DNA of 63,912 nucleotides, filler included, from Octopus bimaculoides (lineage: Eukaryota), in NCBI RefSeq assembly GCF_001194135.2. It is 6 parts of 5 records of this genome, joined end to end, with 100 filler letters (N's around TTAATTAATTAA, not from the genome) between each part and the next. Parts side by side here need not be neighbours in the genome. Positions count along the whole stretch, not along the records: positions 44,368 to 53,156 come from NC_068982.1; positions 53,257 to 63,912 come from NC_068983.1; 4 more parts are not named here. One strand, 5' to 3'. How positions within the stretch are numbered: the stretch's first letter is position 1; every line of letters starts with the position of its first letter. The position numbers and the translations under genes were made by a program. Below the pieces are notes generated by a model that was given only the letters and a program-made list of their open reading frames with translations, was not told the origin of the DNA and did no database searches. Below, piece after piece: positions 51,686-63,665 of this stretch.

Positions 51686-52905
51686 AACTATTTCATTTGA
51701 AAAGCCATTTAACATAGGTTTTATTCAGGTACGTGTTGCCTGGGTAGGCAAGGTAGGCAGTGCCTACCCTGAATAAACAATAGATTGAGAGCAACATTTT
51801 CCTTTTATAGCAAAATATGCCCCTAAGTCAATAAAATTATGAAGGTTACTCTGATTACTATGCATAAAATGCAAAATGTTTTTTGTTTTTTTTTTGTAGA
51901 TTAGGTAGGCATAATACGCCTCTGGCCTTTCAATCTCAGTATTAAAGCTACACAGAGTATTGCTGTAGTACACATGCTGCGTACATTCCTACAACAATGT
52001 TTTCTTTATGCGCTATAAAGGCAGAAGTAATTCTGCCTTCAACTCAGTCGCTTTATTTTTTGTGTTTTACTAGATAAGCGCCACCTACTGTCTACCCTGA
52101 ATAATTACTGACAACACGTGCCTGGTTTTATTGCTTTCCCAATTAATGTCTTCTATACTAGCTGAGGCATGATGGGTTTCAAGAATAAGATTGAGCATTT
52201 CAGCTTTCCACTAAACCACGAAGCTGGGCAAGCTATCAAGTGCTGGCGACAAGACAGAAAACGGTTGTATGGAAATGGCAAAGTATAATGTTGAGTGCAA
52301 GCATTGCAGTCTAGCATCTTAAACCTAAAAAGTCATTGCACCTTGTATAAATCACATATATTACCATAGGAAAAAATTGCTTTCAGGAAAATGTTACAGA
52401 GATTTATTAAAAATCAATTCCTTGAAAGTTTCCTTTTGGTGATAATATTTTTTTTGTTTAAAAGATTTACTAATGACAGCAGCAACAGCTTTTGCATTTA
52501 AATGTCATAGCCAGAGGAACATTGTGAATAATTTGCCATAAGCTCGTTACGAGTAAACCATTATCTCCCTTGTTCATTCACAGTGTTTAAGATTCAACAT
52601 CAAAAATATAACTTGGCATATAAACAGTATTCGCATGATAACATCTACAGTGTTTACAGAGTTTTATATCTCTGGATATTTGCCTTTCAAGAGTGATGCA
52701 AGTTGCCAAAACAATACAATGCTAACCACATTTTTTACAGCTTCTTTGCTTGCTACGTTTATAGGTTAATATTTAGCCAGCACAGACTGAAACAATACAC
52801 TATTCAACTAAAAACCTTAAATCCTAATTGTCACTTCTCTACAATGCAATTTCAAAAGCTTTGACATTTCATTATTTACATTCCTGGTGGGTTTTTTAAC
52901 CCAAC

Positions 52906-53010
52906 CCTGGGTTCTCATTCCTAAGGTATTTTTTGCTGATATTATTATTTATTCAAGGTACTGCCTGGAATTGAATTCAGAATCTTGGGGTAAATCAGCC
53001 GAAACGTTGT
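52906..53010. mobile_element. Rearranged third copy of the tRNA-hammerhead element
   Basis: cctgggttctcattcctaaggtatt...ctgcctggaattgaattcagaatcttgggg (minus orientation) is fused to tcagccGAAAcgttgt (plus-orientation HHR 3' half). Confidence 0.75.
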
Positions 53011-53265
53011 CGTCATCATCATCATTTAACAAGCTCAAAATACTGTAGTGTTCTTGAGCAAGTCACATTACTCCACTGGTAATTGTCCTTCCTAACAACA
53101 ATAAAAAGAAAATTTTGTGAAGAAATTTTAAAATACTTGTCAAGCATGGCTGAGCGNNNNNNNNNNNNNNNNNNNNNNNNNNNNNNNNNNNNNNNNNNNN
53201 TTAATTAATTAANNNNNNNNNNNNNNNNNNNNNNNNNNNNNNNNNNNNNNNNNNNNCTGCATGCT

Positions 53266-54675
53266 TCAGCCATTCAGTTTTGGTGAGAATTTTGCTATGA
53301 AGTATTTCTCCATATTTTTCCTGAAGGAGGTATCATTCCTTGAGCATTTGTAGAAGGGAAAGATCTTAAATTTTCCTTCCCCACATGTTCCTAGGTGCTC
53401 ATTCAGTGGAATTTTCCGTAGTTCCTCCTGTCGGACATGTTGCCGGTGAATTCTGGCTCGTTGACATAAGGAATTTCCTGTTTCACCTATATAATCCTCC
53501 TTGCATGTGGGTTAGGTTATGCAGTATATTACATTCTGCGTCTTGCAGTTCATGTCTGCATTTACATTGAATGTGTGACCACTCTTAAATTTTATCTGTT
53601 TGTTCCCCTCTATATATTTGTAGCTGGGGTTGCTGCAGGTTCCACATCTACCATCTCCACACTCTTTTACGGAGAATTCGGTTTTATTCTCTGCTGAGAA
53701 TTTCGCACTTGTGAGGTGTTTTTTTAAGTTTTTTTCTTGACGTTTACTGTTTTTTATGTGATGTTTGTTTAGTAGGTTTCCCATTTTGGGGCTTTGTTGG
53801 ATTATTGGTAGGTTTGAGTGTATAATGTGAAACATGTTGGTGATTGTAGGGTTGTGTGTGTTAATGAAAGGGATGATGTTTTCTTTGTTTTTCTTTTTTG
53901 GTGTTCTGAGTTGTGTAATGTCTAGTTTTGTTGCTCTTTCGATTCCGTTTTCTATTAAGGTGAGTGGGTATTTTTGTTCTAGTAGGAAGTTTTTAAGTTC
54001 CTCTAGTCTTGTGTGGCGTGTCTGTGAGTCGGTCACTATGCTGCATATGCGTCTTGCCATACTATATGGGATGTTTCTCTTTATGTGGGATGGGTGGCAG
54101 GAGTAGAAATTTNNNNNNNNNNTGTGTATCTTGATGTTGATGTCTAGGAAGGGGAGTTCGTTGTAGTTGGTGTCTATTGTGAAGTGGATAGATGGGTGCA
54201 GTGTGTTGAGGATGTTGTGGAATGTTCGTAGATCTTCTGATCTGTTCCAAAAGATGAAACAGTCATCGAGGTAGCATTTCCACTTTTTCTTGACCTCTTC
54301 TCTGAAGTTGTGTTCGAAGGTGTTCCCTATTTCATCGTATAGCTTGTTCTCAAGGAAACCCATCACTAGGTTGGCATATGAAGGTGCAAATTTCGTACCC
54401 ATCGCCGTGCCCTTTATTTGTCGGTATGGTTTGTTGCTAAATGAGAATGTGTTCTATTCAAGTATTAATTGGGTGGCTTTGGTGATAAAGTCTGTTTTGA
54501 AACGTTTATCTGTGAGTTCCCTATATTTCTCTACCCAGTATTTTATCGCTTCCAGACCAAGGGTGTGTGGTATGTTTGTGTATAAGTTCGTGACATCGAA
54601 GCTTGCAAGTATGGTGTTTTCTGGAACCGTATTTGGAATGTGTGTGAGGGAGTCTATGTCATCCCTTATGTAGCT
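53266..54675 (-). mobile_element. Penelope-like retroelement ORF (RT + GIY-YIG endonuclease), pseudogenised
   Basis: SYIRDD...ILASFDVTNLYTNIP...YRQIKGTAMGTKFAPSYANL...CYLDDCFIFW...LPFLDI...NVIYCIT*PTCKEDYIGETG...RARIHRQH. In-frame stops at about 54455 and 53513. Confidence 0.95.
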
Positions 54676-54704
54676 ATATATATGTATATATATATGTATT
54701 TATG

Positions 54705-54735
<31 letters not shown>

Positions 54736-54782
54736 CTATATATATGTGTGTGTGTGTGTGTATATATGTATTTATGTATATA

Positions 54783-56613
54783 TTATCATCATCATTATCA
54801 TTGTTTAACGGCCAGTGCCAGTCTACAAATTTAGTTCGATTTCGATTTCACTTGCCTCAACAGGTCTTCGCAAACGGAGTTTAGTGTCCAATGAAGGAAA
54901 GGTATGCATAAGCGTGCTGGCATCATCCCTGGCAGAGGCCTTGGATTTTGGTCTCACTTGTCTTGCCGGGTCTTCTCACACAGCATATTTCCTAAGGTCT
55001 CGGTCACAAGTAATTGTCTTGGTGAGGCCTATTGTTCGAAGGTCGTGCTTCACCACCTCATCCCAGGCCTTCCTGGGCCTGCCTCTTCCACAGGTTCCCT
55101 CAACTGCTAGGGTGTAGCACTTTTTCACACTGCTATCCTCATCCATTCTCACCACGTGACCATACCAGCGCAAGCGTCTCTCTTGCACACCACAACTGAT
55201 GCTTCTTAGGTGCAACTTTTCTCTCAAGGTACTTACACTCTGTTTAGTATGCACAATGACATTACACATCCATCGGAGCATACTGGCTTCGTTTCTTGCA
55301 AGCTTACACATGTCCTTAGCAGTCACAGCCCATGTTTCACTGCCATGAAGCATGGCTGTTCGTACACATGCGTCAAAAAGTCTGCCTTTTACTCTGAGAG
55401 AGAGGGCCTTTGTCACCAGCAGAGGTAAGAGCTCTCTGAACTTTGCCCAGGCAATTCTTATTCTAGCAGCTACACTTTCAGTGAACCCTCCCCCACTACT
55501 AACTTGGTCACCTAGATAGCGGAGGCTATCGACTACGTCTAGTTTTTCTTCCTGGAATGTGATAGAAGTTGTTTTCTGCACATTTTCAGTGTTTATTGCT
55601 CCTGAACATCTGCCACATACNNNNNNNNNNNNNNNNNNNNNNNNNNNNNNNNNNNNNNNNNNNNNNNNNNNNNNNNNNNNNNNNNNNNNNNNNNNNNNNN
55701 NNNNNNNNNNNNNNNNNNNNNNNNNNNNNNNNNNNNNNNNNNNNNNNNNNNNNNNNNNNNNNNNNNNNNNNNNNNNNNNNNNNNNNNNNNNNNNNNNNNN
55801 NNNNNNNNNNNNNNNNNNNNNNNNNNNNNNNNNNNNNNNNNNNNNNNNNNNNNNNNNNNNNNNNNNNNNNNNNNNNNNNNNNNNNNNNNNNNNNNNNNNN
55901 NNNNNNNNNNNNNNNNNNNNNNNNNNNNNNNNNNNNNNNNNNNNNNNNNNNNNNNNNNNNNNNNNNNNNNNNNNNNNNNNNNNNNNNNNNNNNNNNNNNN
56001 NNNNNNNNNNNNNNNNNNNNNNNNNNNNNNNNNNNNNNNNNNNNNNNNNNNNNNNNNNNNNNNNNNNNNNNNNNNNNNNNNNNNNNNNNNNNNNNNNNNN
56101 NNNNNNNNNNNNNNNNNNNNNNNNNNNNNNNNNNNNNNNNNNNNNNNNNNNNNNNNGGACTGAACCTTGGTGGACTCCCTACCTCTACCCGGAATTCTTC
56201 ACTGTACTCATTTCCAACCCTTACCTTACTGACAGCATCTCTGTACATGGCTTGTGCAGCTTTCACTAACCATTCTTCTATCCCGAGTTTCCTCATTGAC
56301 CACCAGATAAGGGAACGGGGGACCCTGTCAAAGGCTTCCTCCATGTCAACGAAAGCCAGGTACAGAAGTTTATCTTTGGCTAGGTATTTCTCCTGCAGCT
56401 GTCTTACCAGAAATATAGCATCAGTGGTGCTTTTTCCTGCAACGAACCCAAACTGCATCTCATCTAAACTGACTCTCTCCCTAATTTGTTGGGCTATGAC
56501 CCTCTCCATGACCTTCATTACCTTGTCAAACAACTTGATACCTCTGTAATTGTTTGTGTCTAGAGGGTCACCTTTACCTTTGTAGCAGTTGACTATGGTG
56601 CTGCTACACCAGT
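54783..56613 (-). mobile_element. RTE-clade LINE ORF2 (RT) and 3' end, with gap
   Basis: NYRGIKLFDKVMKVMERVI...DEMQFGFVAGKSTTDAIFLVRQLQEKY...LAFVDMEEAFDRVPR, then LDVVDSLRYLG...RRLRWYGHV and a (GAT)n tail. Confidence 0.93.
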
Positions 56614-56858
56614 NNNNNNNNNNNNNNNNNNNNNNNNNNNNNNNNNNNNNNNNNNNNNNNNNNNNNNNNNNNNNNNNNNNNNNNNNNNNNNNNNNNNNNN
56701 NNNNNNNNNNNNNCAGGGCAGAAAAAAAATCATACAAATAATATGGACGTAACACCCTGTTTGTAAAGGCAGAAACTCCGGGTTGATGTGAAATATTTTG
56801 TATAATATATATAAATAAATAAATGGAGTTAAACACAGGTGTTATTCAAATTCTTTTG

Positions 56859-56945
56859 CTTCTGACATATGTTTCGAAGTCAACATTTGTATTATTCCAA
56901 AGGAATAAAATGGTGTAAAACAATGTAATCTTCTCATCAGGGAAA
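56859..56945 (-). ncRNA. Minimal type-I hammerhead ribozyme (Penelope type), core intact, one stem I mismatch
   Basis: uuucc-CUGAUGA-GAAG...CUUC-GAA-ACAUAUGU-C-agaag. Stem III is a palindrome; triplet GUC. Confidence 0.8.
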
Positions 56946-57366
56946 GAAAGACAGAAACCAAACTCATCAATAAGACATTTTAACAGAATGTGATGGATGT
57001 GTATAATGATGAACAGAACGCTATTAAGTTGTTTTTAAAAAAAACCGTTAGAAGATATAACGTCAAAGGTAGCCTATAGAAAGAGAAAGGGTAAAGGAAA
57101 GAAATAAGCACAAAACTAATAAAGGGGATATATAGAACAATTCGTGAATTAAAATAAAAGCTCAAAGGCTTGGAAACAGATATATCTAGTGGAAGTGAAA
57201 TGTAAGAAGAAAATCAATATTCAAATTATATAGAACGATAGTTTCTATTCCTCTATCAACCCAATAGTACTTAATAATGCACTCTGGCTAGCTCACAACA
57301 AAGCTGGTTTCACCAGGGAAGAGATTAATATTGTGTTGGCCGACTGAAAATCATAAATATACATAC

Positions 57367-57397
<31 letters not shown>

Positions 57398-57506
57398 TAC
57401 ATATACCTGCATACACACATATATATATATATACATACATAGCAAGCCAGAGGCTGTATCAGGCTCTAATCATACATCCATACATACACACACATATATA
57501 CATATA

Positions 57507-58357
57507 TCTACTACATAAGAGGGAAATTCTGTCTGTGGGTGTGTTTATTTGCGGAGTTGTTAGCTAACCTCTCCTACATCCTTTTATTGACTTTAATGAA
57601 ACTTGATACATGAGTAGAACTCATGTCTGGAAATCTCATGGCATACTTAGATTGTTGAAAAAAATTGATAATAGGGCCCCTGGAAGGGATCCTTATATAT
57701 AGCTAATATATTTTAACAGCCAAAGGAAATAATCCATTCATTTTCCTATAATATTTAGTATAAACCAAATTGAGTACGCTTATTTCTTAGTATCTGAAAT
57801 GTTAGTCATTTTCACAATTTATCCAGTACAACCTTTAAACAAGTAAATAGTATTTTCCTAAGCAATAGTTCCACTTATTTTGGTTAGTGACTTGTTCATG
57901 AATATACCAACACTAGCGCTCCTGAGGGTAATATTCTTTGGGAATGCACAAAAGCCCTTTTCAAAGTTGTTTACTTTGAATTGTTATTATCTCATATCTG
58001 ATTAGCCTGTTATTATGTAACATTCTTCATGATTTTAGTATACATACCTTACTGATATTTCCTCCTAAGTTCTATATACTCTAGGAATGCATTAAAGCCA
58101 TTTTTGGGGCTACTTTATTTGAATTCTTACTGTAGGGTAACTAATTTCATGTTATTACATAACTGACTTCATAACCTATTGGGAATTCCTAAAAACAAGA
58201 TCCTGTGTAAGACAGTTCGGTATTCTCTGTAAATGCACAAAAACCACTTTAAGGGCTACATACTTTGTATTGTTGTTATGGATTAGCGAAACAATTCTGA
58301 GAATAGAACCAAGGGATAAGCCCCGCTTTTCAGGGAATTACTGGGTACGTCAGCTAG
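57507..58357 (+). mobile_element. Non-autonomous Helitron with internal ~145-bp degenerate tandem repeats
   Basis: Starts A|TCTACTACATAA...ctgtctgtgggtgtg and ends ...gggtacgtcagCTAG|T, consistent with an A/T target site. Degenerate hairpin cagggaattactg about 10 nt before CTAG. Confidence 0.72.
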
Positions 58358-59799
58358 TACATACATACATCTATTCTATAATAAAAAAACTATGATAACT
58401 ATATCTAGTACTTCCAATAATCCTACAATTAACAACAACAATACTGCTAATAAACATAACTTTATTATCCCCCCAAAATATAACACCACCACACCACCCA
58501 CTTATTCAAATTGTAATTGTCAAGACCCAAATGCCTGTGAAGTAATAGAAATAGTAAAATGAAAGAAGTTGTATACCAAGCAACTATTATTACTCAGGAC
58601 TCCTCTTGATACATATAAATGGATTGCATGCAAAACTCAATCAAATCAAGAATTTATAATCACAAATCTTCTTTTAGAGACTATCGAACAGGACTATCTA
58701 AAAAAATTTGACACCTCAAAAGAAACAATTTCTCCATCTGTTGGAAAATCCTATCTTCTGCCTCCTCTTACAGAAATAATAATAAAATTTGTAAAAATAA
58801 TAATAAAATTTGTAGGCTATGTTTAGAGGAAAGCTATAACATAATGAGAATGAAAGAAAATTTGGTTAATACTAGGGATGAAAAAGTTTTCTCATGTAAT
58901 CACATTTCTATTTCATAACCCACCATATATAGGGCTATCACTTTATCTCTCCCTACATTTTTCCTCTCCACATGTTTGGATAAAGGAAATTATATCTTTC
59001 CCTAGTATGTAATATACCTATAATTTTTGCATTTTATTTTATTTACGTAATGTGTCCATGTACTCCCCTTTTTTTGTACTTCACCCCCCCCTTTTCAGCA
59101 TACCCATTCCAACTATTACTGTTTTATGTTATTTGTTACTATATCTTATAATTACGTATATTTTACTGCTCACATATGCACACATGCATGCACATATAGT
59201 ACTTCTTGGTGTCCTACATGTCTACACCCATGTATGCACATCCAGGTATGGATCTTATATGTTATCTATGTGTGTATATCTTAAGATATGTGTTTGATTT
59301 TTATATGTAGATACTAACATGTATATTAAGATGAACGTATGTATCTGCATGTATATGTATGTTTTGCATAGCTATATATACAATTTATTATGTGTGTGTA
59401 TTCATATCTATATGTATGTTGCCCCCTCTCTCCCTGCACCGGTATGGGTATATTTCTACTGTGTTTTTTATATGTACACTAATCGTACATCTACAATAAT
59501 TCCTGTTTCTATATATACTAATGTGTAAATATGCCTCTACACACATATGAGTAACTATACACATACTCTTCTCCTTATTAGATTATATTTATCTCCCCTA
59601 CATTTATTTATTTTTTTACCATACCTATCTTTATTTCCAGTTGCAATTTCACTTTTTTATCTTTATAGACACAGCAAGTACATACTATGTTAATTGTGAT
59701 ATTAGCAACTGTTTTTTCTCACTTTTTTCTGCTTTATCATCAATACATATTACCTAATATGATTTTTTATGCAAACATGAGTTCCTTGTATATATATAT

Positions 59800-60184
59800 A
59801 CTCTTTTATACTCTTTTACTTGTTTCAGTCATTTGACTGTGGCCATGCTGGAGCACCGCCTTTAGTCGAGCAAATCGACCCCGAGACTTATTGTTTGTAA
59901 GCCTAGTACTTATTCTATCGGTCTCTTTTTGCTGAACCGCTAAGTGGCGGGGACATAAACACACCAGCATCGGTTGTCAAGCAATGCTAGGAGGACAAAC
60001 ACAGACACACAAACACACACACATATATATATATACATATATACGACGGGCTTCTTTCAGTTTCCGTCTACCAAATCCACTCACAAGGCTTTGGTCGGCC
60101 CGAGGCTATAGTAGAAGATACTTGCCCAAGGTGCCACGCAGTTGGTAAGCAAGCTACTTACCACACAGCCACTCCTGCGCCTAT
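59800..60184 (-). mobile_element. SINE family A, well conserved
   Basis: Reverse-complement match including the head gcgcaggagtggctgtgtggtaag. Confidence 0.92.
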
Positions 60185-61329
60185 ATCATATTCTGTCTTT
60201 AACTCATTCTTATCCCTCTATTTCTCCTACTATTTGTTTACATTAACTATCTCGTATTGGCTTCTTATATACCACCTCCTCACGCTAAACTTCATTCTTA
60301 AGTATAGAATTTTTTTTTAAAAATGCATTATACTATATAATGATTTCAACAATTAGCTCATCTTTTAATTCAGAGATAGGAGTGTCTTTCCATTGGACAT
60401 TTCTAATACATATTTGCCCTTCACTACTTATTTGGAGTTTAAATCTCTAATTTCCATATTCATCTATAGAGAGAATGTCTGTGATACCTCTTTACTTATG
60501 TCTTCAAATATCCATTGAAGCCATTAGTTATGGTTAAATATCCGACATGACTCACATCTCTTTTTCACGCACATAAAAATATGGATCTCTTAGATTCAAT
60601 GTTTTGGCTATATTCCTTCTCAAGTTCTTTGTATTATGGTTTCTACTTCCTGCACTAAAGAGTACATTGATATTTAATTAATTTAATTTAATTCAATCAT
60701 GAATTTACATTATTATTATAGTTCTGTATGAAACGATCGCCTGCAAGAATTAAACTTCTTACATATTTTAACAACTTGTCTTCTCCATTTTTAAGTAAGC
60801 TGATGAGTTTTATGGGACTTGTCTAATGCGAGCCCAGAGATTAATTCTAGGAGGTTAAGGTTTGAGGGTCCGAACATGAGATTAAAGAATATAGTGTATC
60901 AGTGTAAGGTTAAGAGCGATACAGATGTTAGTGTTTATATGGGTTGTTCTTCGGATAAAATTTGTTAGAGAATTTCTTGTCACTTTAATACGTTTAAAGA
61001 TAGGAGTAAAATAGCTAGTACTAGTCTTAGTAGGTTTATTTGGGGGTTAAAAGAACAAAATAAGAATATTTCGTTAGAGTGGTCAATTATTGGGAGGGCT
61101 TTCCCTTATGATAAGGGTAAAAAGTATTGCCACTTGTGCAATTTTGAATTGTATTATCTATTTTCAAAGCATAAGCTAATTAATAAACTAACGTATAATG
61201 AGTTCAGATGTGTTCACGTTCGCAAATATACTTATTTTTGGTTTAGATAATTTCATTGTTTATTTTCACCTATAGCTGAATTTTGTTATGATCGGGTATT
61301 AGGGCCTTGGTTTTGGTATTTTTAGTTTT

Positions 61330-61482
61330 GTTATTGTTCTATTTACATATACATACATCCGTACATATACATGTGCAAATGTATAAACATGTGCATGGGT
61401 ATACGTGGAAATGTGTGTATATATGTATATATATGTGTATGGGTATGTATGTGTATATGTATGTGTGTATGTATGTGTGTAT

Positions 61483-61518
<36 letters not shown>

Positions 61519-61800
61519 GTGTGTGTATATATGTATATATATATATATGTATGTATGTGGGTGTGTGTGTATATGGCTTGAGAACTCTGTATGTATGTGT
61601 ACATGTGCATATGTGCACACATGCACATGCATGTGTGTACGGGCGCACGCATGTGCACACCCACACACATGTACGTGCATGTGCGCATATATGTGTGCGC
61701 ACGTATATGTATATGTATGTATATATATATATATATATATATATTTGTGTGTGTATGTATTCGTTTTTACATATATTTTTATATATATGTATATGGCTAG
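61330..61800. repeat. Compound (TA)n/(TG)n/(TATG)n low-complexity tract
   Basis: Direct reading. Confidence 0.93.
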
Positions 61801-62243
61801 AGAACTAAGTTAGTTAGAGTTACCTCCTTTGGACGTAGTTTTTGTTTAGTTATGTATGTTAAAATATGTATGATATGTGTGTGTGTGTTTATATATGTAT
61901 CTGTGTTTATAAGTATATAGGTGTGTATATATGTGTGTGTATTTATGTATGTGTATGTATATATATGTATATACTTATGTGTGTATATATATATTTTTAT
62001 AAATTTTTATGATAAGCAGTGTTTTTTGTAATTGTGTGATTTTCGCCATGAACGGATTGTATTTTTAACCCAAGTGTGTTTTTTCTGGTGTTATATTTGT
62101 TTTTTCCTGAAGATGTGTAAAGGAATTTTGATTTATTAAGACTCTTAATGAATTTTTCTTTGCACAGAAATATATATTGATGATAAATATGTTCTTTTAA
62201 TGTATGTGTTTTTGCGTCGTAACTCCTTTCTTATTATTTATAT

Positions 62244-62274
<31 letters not shown>

Positions 62275-62584
62275 NNNNNNNNNNNNNNNNNNNNNNNNNN
62301 NNNNNNNNNNNNNNNNNNNNNNNNNNNNNNNNNNNNNNNNNNNNNNNNNNNNNNNNNNNNNNNNNNNNNNNNNNNNNNNNNNNNNNNNNNNNNNNNNNNN
62401 NNNNNNNNNNNNNNNNNNNNNNNNNNNNNNNNNNNNNNNNNNNNNNNNNNNNNNNNNNNNNNNNNNNNNNNNNNNNNNNNNNNNNNNNNNNNNNNNNNNN
62501 NNNNNNNNNNNNNNNNNNNNNNNNNNNNNNNNNNNNNNNNNNNNNNNNNNNNNNNNNNNTATATATATATATATATATACATAC

Positions 62585-62627
<43 letters not shown>

Positions 62628-62773
62628 CATGCATTCATATGTATATATGCATACATTCATATATATATACATACATTCATATATATATATATACACATTC
62701 ATTCATGTATATATATATACATACATATATATAAATACATACATATATATACACACACACACATATATATACA

Positions 62774-63665
62774 TTGACAAAGGGCCTCTCACTCAGAGTA
62801 AAAGGCAGACTGTATGACGCAGGTGTACGAACAGCCATGCTACATGGCAGTGAAATATGGGCTGTGACTGCTGAGGACATGCGTAAGTTCGAAAGGAATG
62901 AAGCCAGTATGCTCCGATGGATGTGTAATGTCAGTGTACATACACGACAGAGTGTAAGTCCCTTGAGAGAAAAGTTGAACGGATATGTGGCAAGAATGGA
63001 TGAGGATAGCTGTGTGAAAAAGTACCACACCCTAGCGGTTGGGGAAACCTGTGGAAGAGGTAGACCCAGGAAGACCTGGGATGAGGTGGTGAAGCACGAC
63101 CTTCGAACTTTAGGCCTCACCGATGCAATGACCAGTGACCGGGACCTTTGGAAATATGCAGTACGTGAGAAGACTCGGCAAGGCAAGTGAAAGCATAAAC
63201 TGTGACCTTTGCCAGAAGTGTAGCCAGCTCACTAATTTGTATCTTTACTGCATTGGACACTAAAAACCCTGCTTACGAAGACCTGTTGAGGCAAGTGAAT
63301 TTAAATTTGAAATCTGAAATCGAAATCGAGCCGAATCCGACAACTGGCACCCATGCCAACCTCTCCTTCATTAGACACTAAACTCTGCTTGCAAATACCT
63401 GTTGGGGCAAGTGAAATCGTAATTGAACCATACCCGATGACTGGCACCTGTGCCACTGGAGAACTAAACAGCACTGTCCGAGCGTGTTCATTGCTAGAGC
63501 AGCTGTCTCGCTTCCGTGCTAGTGGTCTGTAAATAGCACCATTTGAGCGTAATCGTTACCATCGTTGCCTTCTAGCACTTGTGCTGGTGGCACGTTAGAA
63601 AATTATTCAAGCGAGGTCGTTACCAGTGCCGTTGAACTGGCTCCCGTGCAGGTGTCACGTAAAAA
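62774..63665 (+). mobile_element. RTE LINE 3' fragment (ORF2 end + 3' UTR)
   Basis: [26 protein letters not shown]...TCGRGRPRKTWDEVVKHDL. Confidence 0.9.

Noticed and set aside
51727-51926. hAT-like MITE around gggtaggca/tgcctaccc
   Set aside because: The putative termini match only 8 of 12 positions and there is no 8-bp TSD.
60800-60860. CTGATGA
   Set aside because: No GAAA or stems follow.
60240-61300. Highly degraded Penelope ORF
   Set aside because: Many stops in all frames and no diagnostic RT or GIY-YIG motif could be read.
920-62817. Long ORFs rich in YI/CV/RTYV/SIYL or X residues
   Set aside because: They are translations of microsatellites, the ACGT satellite and N gaps, not genes.
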